Source: a phage. From it: a stretch of DNA of 64,000 bases. The stretch is taken from the NCBI GenBank assembly GCA_024613925.1, contig GCA_024613925.1_4713.1; one strand, given 5' to 3'. The translations under genes were made by a program, and so were the position numbers. Positions within the stretch are counted from its first letter, which is position 1. Every line of letters starts with the position of its first letter. The notes under the pieces are model-generated. The model was not told the origin of the DNA and did no database searches. It saw only the letters and a program-made list of their open reading frames with translations. Positions 59,291-64,000 of the stretch are shown here, in pieces.

Positions 59291-59327
59291 CCCACCCTAC
59301 TACCCCGTTAAGGGCGGTAGGGTGGGA
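59291..59327. terminator. GC-rich hairpin CCCACCCTAC...GTAGGGTGGG
   Basis: 10-bp stem between convergent genes. Confidence 0.5.
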
Positions 59328-59333
59328 TAAGGT

Positions 59334-59765
59334 TTATTTGCCGTATAGATGTACCACTCGTTGTGTCGTAGGAACGCAGACTCTTACCAGGAGTTTCTTA
59401 ATCTCCTGACGAATCGTTGCTTTATCGTCATAATAAAGCCATGGTGGAACGCGCTGCATTATGCACTGCACAGCGTCATCGTAGTTTGTCGTCCCATTAA
59501 GTAACGTCTCACTATCCAGATCTTTCCATGCAGTAATACCAAGTCGCGCAGCAAACATCAACGCTGAAACCGACTCAGCTATCTCCAATCGCTCATTCAT
59601 ATCCGCAAGACCTTTTAGCATGATGTAATTATCATCATGCTGATGTAAGGTGCCATACAAACTTCCGAAGAGAAGTATGCGTTTAGCTTTTGCGGTTAAG
59701 AGGAACGATAGGAGAGCGTGTTTCAACGGTTGTTTCTCACGTTCTACCTGTTCGACCATCACCAT
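59334..59765 (-). CDS. hypothetical protein (143 aa)
   Basis: ORF. Confidence 0.45.
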   Translation of the reverse strand: MVMVEQVEREKQPLKHALLSFLLTAKAKRILLFGSLYGTLHQHDDNYIMLKGLADMNERLEIAESVSALMFAARLGITAWKDLDSETLLNGTTNYDDAVQCIMQRVPPWLYYDDKATIRQEIKKLLVRVCVPTTQRVVHLYGK

Positions 59766-59768
59766 TGA

Positions 59769-61295
59769 TTACTCCAACACATAACGTGGGTTACTGTATA
59801 TGTTAGCCCATATACCAACGTCGTCCCCCGACTCAATAATCACAGCGAAACGAAACGCAACATCAGACTCGCGATAAGTTACCGCGTACGCTTTCGTTTC
59901 TGGAGATGCTAAATAGCTCAAGTTCAGACGTTGAGGCAGGTCTAACCCCAAGGACATGGTACAAGACGTAACACCCTGCTTATCAGGGTTCAGTCTGTAA
60001 TTCACGTCCACCTTCAGGCTTTTCGTAACCTGCGTAATCGCACTATGCACTTTGGTAACCGTTTTGCCTTTCTTATCCTTTTCTGTTTCGAAAAGAACGT
60101 CGGTAATTTCGGTTACGACCAGACGCGGTGTGGATTCGCGGTTAGCGTCAAGCCATTCATCCAGTAACGTCTTTAAGAAGTTCAAGGAATCAATCGCACG
60201 CCAAGCAAGGTTAGGCGGGTTGCACGCTTCCATTAAAATGGCTGTGTTCGATCCACCTAGCGGAAGATGCACGCTCTTACCGAGGCCTGTCGGACGCATC
60301 GTAAGATCGCACTCACCCTCAAGAATATCGCGATGATATTGACGATGATGAAGGTTATCCGTGTATGCGATATACACTGACTCCGTTGTCCCATGCTCTA
60401 ATACCCGAGATGCATGCGTACGCATAATCTCAACAGCATCATCCGGCTTGCTTAAATAGATAACACTGTACGCACTATCGCTAATCCTTTTCCCTAACTC
60501 AAGACGTCCCTTGTTGTCTTTATCGGTGTTACCACCGAAATAGATGTAGCGGCCATCTTTCGCACGCTCTTGCTGCTGGTTGGTGGTAAAGTAGCAGCGT
60601 GAGAACGTAAAGAACGGGCTTATTTCCGGTTCGGGGCTCCAATACCCCTTAGCCGGAAGTTCGCGACGTATTTGGGTTCTTACAGCCCAATCCTGGTTTT
60701 GTGACAGATATGTTCCACGCGTTGCCAGCATATCCGCACGTTCGTTACCAACATTGCCCTCATGTCCAGGAACGTAGCGCAGCGAAATATCGATAGCGTC
60801 GCGCTTCGCATCCCTTATCGCGCTATCGAGTTTCCGCCACCGTTCCGCATTCATTAACGGTTTATTGTCGGATTTAACCCAGTTGTTCTCTCGCCAGTTA
60901 GCAAGATGGTTGGTGGCACCAACAACAACATATTGGCTGTCCGACAACAGCTGGATCCGTTTTGCCCCCTTTGCTTTTCCAAGTTCAATCGCACGTATTG
61001 CGGCATCCAACTCAGCCTGATTGTTCGTTACGTTGAAACCCAAAGCCTCTAACTCATCCACATATTCCTTGGGTTCGACCAGCACAGCGTCTTTAGGAAA
61101 GTCGAGTTTAGGGTCAACATAACCGTATTGCGTTGGTTTGGGCTTCCCACTTTTTGAGGGTTCCAAGGTGCCTTTTATTTCTTTCACCATATCGTAGGTG
61201 TAGCCGTGCACGCCGTAACCACCATACCCACTCGATGTTGGACGGGATCCTCCATCGCAGTAGAAAACGGCACCCAGCTCAGTATTTCCTGCCAT
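59769..61295 (-). CDS. ribonuclease H domain protein with about 320-aa C-terminal extension
   Basis: FYCDGGSRP..GYGGYGV, TNNQAELDAAIRAIE, LLSDSQYVV, GHEGNVGNERADMLA match RNase HI catalytic motifs; GAGG RBS before ATG 61295. Confidence 0.75.
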   Translation of the reverse strand: MAGNTELGAVFYCDGGSRPTSSGYGGYGVHGYTYDMVKEIKGTLEPSKSGKPKPTQYGYVDPKLDFPKDAVLVEPKEYVDELEALGFNVTNNQAELDAAIRAIELGKAKGAKRIQLLSDSQYVVVGATNHLANWRENNWVKSDNKPLMNAERWRKLDSAIRDAKRDAIDISLRYVPGHEGNVGNERADMLATRGTYLSQNQDWAVRTQIRRELPAKGYWSPEPEISPFFTFSRCYFTTNQQQERAKDGRYIYFGGNTDKDNKGRLELGKRISDSAYSVIYLSKPDDAVEIMRTHASRVLEHGTTESVYIAYTDNLHHRQYHRDILEGECDLTMRPTGLGKSVHLPLGGSNTAILMEACNPPNLAWRAIDSLNFLKTLLDEWLDANRESTPRLVVTEITDVLFETEKDKKGKTVTKVHSAITQVTKSLKVDVNYRLNPDKQGVTSCTMSLGLDLPQRLNLSYLASPETKAYAVTYRESDVAFRFAVIIESGDDVGIWANIYSNPRYVLE

Positions 61296-61345
61296 TGTAA
61301 ACCTCATTAATCATTGTCCGTATGATAGCCCAAAGTTGTACGGTA

Positions 61346-61897
61346 TTACCGATTACCGTCGGTTGACGTCGGTTGATCGCGATTGACTTTCATTGACTGC
61401 AGTTTTCCACCGTTAATTACGCATTGATCGCGTTGTTTGGCGGAGGTCAGACTATTACAGACGTAATAGGTATCGATAAAACGTTCAACGCGTTCTTGAA
61501 ACTCCCTCTCGTCAACTTTCTCTTTTTCAAAAGTTCGTAACGCTCGATCAACCTCACCCTGGAGAATCCGGTTCTGTTCAACCATACTGTCGATTAAACG
61601 GCCTCGTACTTCGTTCGATGTGTAGAGTTGACGAATCAGTTCTCGGTTGGTGTCTCGCGCATAACGCAATGTTGCATTTTCCTGACGTAAACTCGTCACG
61701 TCAGCCATCAAGGTAATGATTTTTTCGCCAGCGAATAACGTCACGATACCCAATACGATGAAAAAGCCCGTAATCAAGAATATCGAGGACTGTCGAGCTC
61801 CATCTCGACGAAAACGTGTGGGCGGTCGCTTACTTCGCCGAAACAACTCGCGAAGAAAAGGGAAAAGCCAGGGCAACGCCTTGAGTGTAGTAAACAT
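61346..61897 (-). CDS. putative membrane protein (183 aa from ATG 61897)
   Basis: AAGGA RBS; hydrophobic segment SIFLITGFFIVLGIVTLFAG then coiled-coil-like region. Confidence 0.4.
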   Translation of the reverse strand: MFTTLKALPWLFPFLRELFRRSKRPPTRFRRDGARQSSIFLITGFFIVLGIVTLFAGEKIITLMADVTSLRQENATLRYARDTNRELIRQLYTSNEVRGRLIDSMVEQNRILQGEVDRALRTFEKEKVDEREFQERVERFIDTYYVCNSLTSAKQRDQCVINGGKLQSMKVNRDQPTSTDGNR

Positions 61898-61951
61898 GCG
61901 TGTGTCCTTGATAGTATGAAATTTCCAATACAACTTAACCGAGGACGTCGA

Positions 61952-63292
61952 ATGATTAGTATTTTTGGTTTTTATACGTACAAAGGGTACGCTAATAACC
62001 ACCCAAAAACCACGGCGAAATTCGGTGAGTTCAGTCAGCACAGTGCTACGTTCAGTCGCGAAATCGGCATCTATACCAACACGGCGTACGCACGTACGAC
62101 CTTATTAGTGTTGAATGCCGAAAACGAAGCTGGTGAAGCACAAACGCTGAATGACGACACCGCAGGCCGCATTCTTCAGGTTGGTCAATGGTTGCTGGAA
62201 AAAGCCGCATCGGGCGAAATCCAGGAAGACCGAGACCAAGTTATCAGTTACCTAAAAGACGACTTCACAACGTATCTGGATTCTATCGACATCCCAACAC
62301 CCACCACCGATGGTACCGTCTATCTACCGGCGTGGATCAGTTTCAAGATAACCGCCACCGGCGATGTTGTCAAGATTTGGTTGTCTGATAGCGTATTCCA
62401 AAGTCAATATCCAAAATACGAATATGAAGTCGTTCCCCCTGTTCCTAAGGATCAGTTAGATACCTTCTTCGAAGATCTGGCAACATTGAAGAAACTGGTT
62501 GACAGTCGAAGCAGCGAGAAACTGACCGAAGAAATCAACGAGGTGCGCGACCAATTCCCAGACACACAATTGTGGACGAAAACCTATAAAGCGTACGATT
62601 ACACCGACGATTCGAAATACATTAATACCGATTGGACGGTGATTATCTACGGTGCGGCAGGTAACAACATTGATAATATCAAGGAGTTCCTGCAAAACTG
62701 GATTCTTAGCAATAGCACACACGGACGTCCAGACTGGGAAATCGTTCTGCCGGATCTTTTTATCCCGACAGAACACATCTTCATCCCGATCTGGAACCGC
62801 CACAGTGCGCCAGAGATGACCAATCAGGCACGTATCTATAGTCCTATCTTCGATGATTCGTTGATGGATACCTACCTGAAAAACTTTGCTGACGGTTACG
62901 GTGAAACCGCCGAAGTCCGTAAGTCGCTTCAAGCGGTGCCGACGTTGTGGCGTTCGATCGGTTTCTTAAGTGTTGGTAACTCACGTAACCGTGACGGTAA
63001 ACTTAAGTTCTACGATCGTTGGCCACAATACGCGCTCATCAGCACAACCAGCATCGACATTAACCGTATCGATGATGCGACACGTGAATTCATCACGTTC
63101 ACTTACGAAATGCTGAAACTGGCAGAATCGCTCACCGAAGACGACCCGGTACCGTTGGGTTATAGTCGTGTTACGCGTGGTAGCAATAGCTTCTTAGCGA
63201 AAAGCCACAACGATGTTCAGTATCTCTTCTTAACAAAAGAAGCGTTCCTGAAGAAAATGCCGGATGAAGCCGACACGCCTGTTGGAGGTTGA
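61952..63292 (+). CDS. hypothetical protein (446 aa)
   Basis: GAGGA RBS before ATG 61952 (track start 61916 rejected). Confidence 0.5.
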   Translation: MISIFGFYTYKGYANNHPKTTAKFGEFSQHSATFSREIGIYTNTAYARTTLLVLNAENEAGEAQTLNDDTAGRILQVGQWLLEKAASGEIQEDRDQVISYLKDDFTTYLDSIDIPTPTTDGTVYLPAWISFKITATGDVVKIWLSDSVFQSQYPKYEYEVVPPVPKDQLDTFFEDLATLKKLVDSRSSEKLTEEINEVRDQFPDTQLWTKTYKAYDYTDDSKYINTDWTVIIYGAAGNNIDNIKEFLQNWILSNSTHGRPDWEIVLPDLFIPTEHIFIPIWNRHSAPEMTNQARIYSPIFDDSLMDTYLKNFADGYGETAEVRKSLQAVPTLWRSIGFLSVGNSRNRDGKLKFYDRWPQYALISTTSIDINRIDDATREFITFTYEMLKLAESLTEDDPVPLGYSRVTRGSNSFLAKSHNDVQYLFLTKEAFLKKMPDEADTPVGG

Positions 63293-63294
63293 TT

Positions 63295-63921
63295 ATGGCT
63301 GTAACACGCATGACGCCAAGTCCCGGTGCGGTCGGGGTTTTCACAGTATCAGCGCCGTTTACCGTTGGTGCGTCAACGCTATATACCGTTACAGCGTTGC
63401 GAAGATTCAGCGAAGTCATCGGTAGTGGAATCGATCTATTTACGGAACTGTACGAACCGTTATCAATAGACAAATCCACGTTCGAAGCGCATCTCGAAGC
63501 GAATGCTTATCTCGTCACGTTGCAACCGGATTACGGTGCGCCCGTACTGGTACCTGATACGTATATCACGTCGTACCCAAAGAACGATTCATTGCGGTAT
63601 CGTCGCATTATTCTGGGTATCGATTTCGGGCCTCTTCCTCCCGGTCTTGACCTTTCGTATCTAACAACGATATTGAAAGGTAAGGCCAGTGATATTCTTG
63701 GTGTCGAACCTGAAGTTAAAACGATGGAAATCACTCTCGATGATACCGTTACTCAGGAACAACATCAGATAAACGAAGCCCGTCGTCAGGCTGCGATAAA
63801 AGAGCGAGATACCATATACGCACGTTGTGAAACGCAAGAGAAGCAGATAACGGCTTTACTTGCAACCCAAAAGCAACTTATCAAATTGCTTCAAGACGCC
63901 GGTATCAACCCTACACCTTAA
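63295..63921 (+). CDS. hypothetical protein (208 aa)
   Basis: GGAGG RBS 8 nt before ATG 63295; followed by hairpin. Confidence 0.5.
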   Translation: MAVTRMTPSPGAVGVFTVSAPFTVGASTLYTVTALRRFSEVIGSGIDLFTELYEPLSIDKSTFEAHLEANAYLVTLQPDYGAPVLVPDTYITSYPKNDSLRYRRIILGIDFGPLPPGLDLSYLTTILKGKASDILGVEPEVKTMEITLDDTVTQEQHQINEARRQAAIKERDTIYARCETQEKQITALLATQKQLIKLLQDAGINPTP

Positions 63922-63927
63922 CATATT

Positions 63928-63986
63928 CCCTCCTCCTTCCCTTGCATCCTCCCAACCCGTAAGGGAAGGGAGGATGGGGAGGAGGG
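63928..63986. terminator. long GC-rich nested hairpin; second copy of the 36-nt palindromic core
   Basis: GCATCCTCCCAACCCGTAAGGGAAGGGAGGATGGGG identical to 2464-2499; outer arms CCCTCCTCC/GGAGGAGGG extend the stem. Confidence 0.55.
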
Positions 63987-64000
63987 TTATGCCGTCAAGC

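Noticed and set aside
1-64000. CRISPR arrays, tRNA or rRNA genes, integrase or transposase, attachment sites
   Set aside because: No regularly spaced direct repeats, no tRNA-like T-arm (GGTTCGA-type) or cloverleaf seen in intergenic gaps, and no recombinase motifs in any ORF; by-eye search only, so short tRNAs cannot be excluded

Overview
The window reads as a densely packed, mostly minus-strand block of a phiKZ-like jumbo phage (nucleus-forming, chimallivirus-type) with enterobacterial-like codon usage and about 48-50% GC by eye. No database search was possible; all calls rest on motifs read from the translations and on gene context. Supported calls: a PhuZ-type phage tubulin (9055-10035), a large terminase (17783-20014), an RNase H (59769-61295), a tail sheath/tube-like pair (25467-28445), and a 2221-aa virion protein with a GH19-type lysozyme domain (42192-48857). 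The most interesting region is 35467-41988: a fragmented multisubunit RNA polymerase operon (beta-prime N-terminal subunit followed by a beta-like gene) whose beta gene appears to be split by a group I self-splicing intron (about 36545-37090, all four core elements P/Q/R/S present in order). A truncated, codon-optimised gene at the window start, behind an early-promoter-like element and ten genes from PhuZ, is a candidate phage-nucleus shell protein (chimallin). Three conserved promoter-like motif families and a family of GC-rich hairpin terminators organise the transcription units. About 45 further ORFs are hypothetical. No tRNA, rRNA, CRISPR array, integrase or transposase was found by eye.
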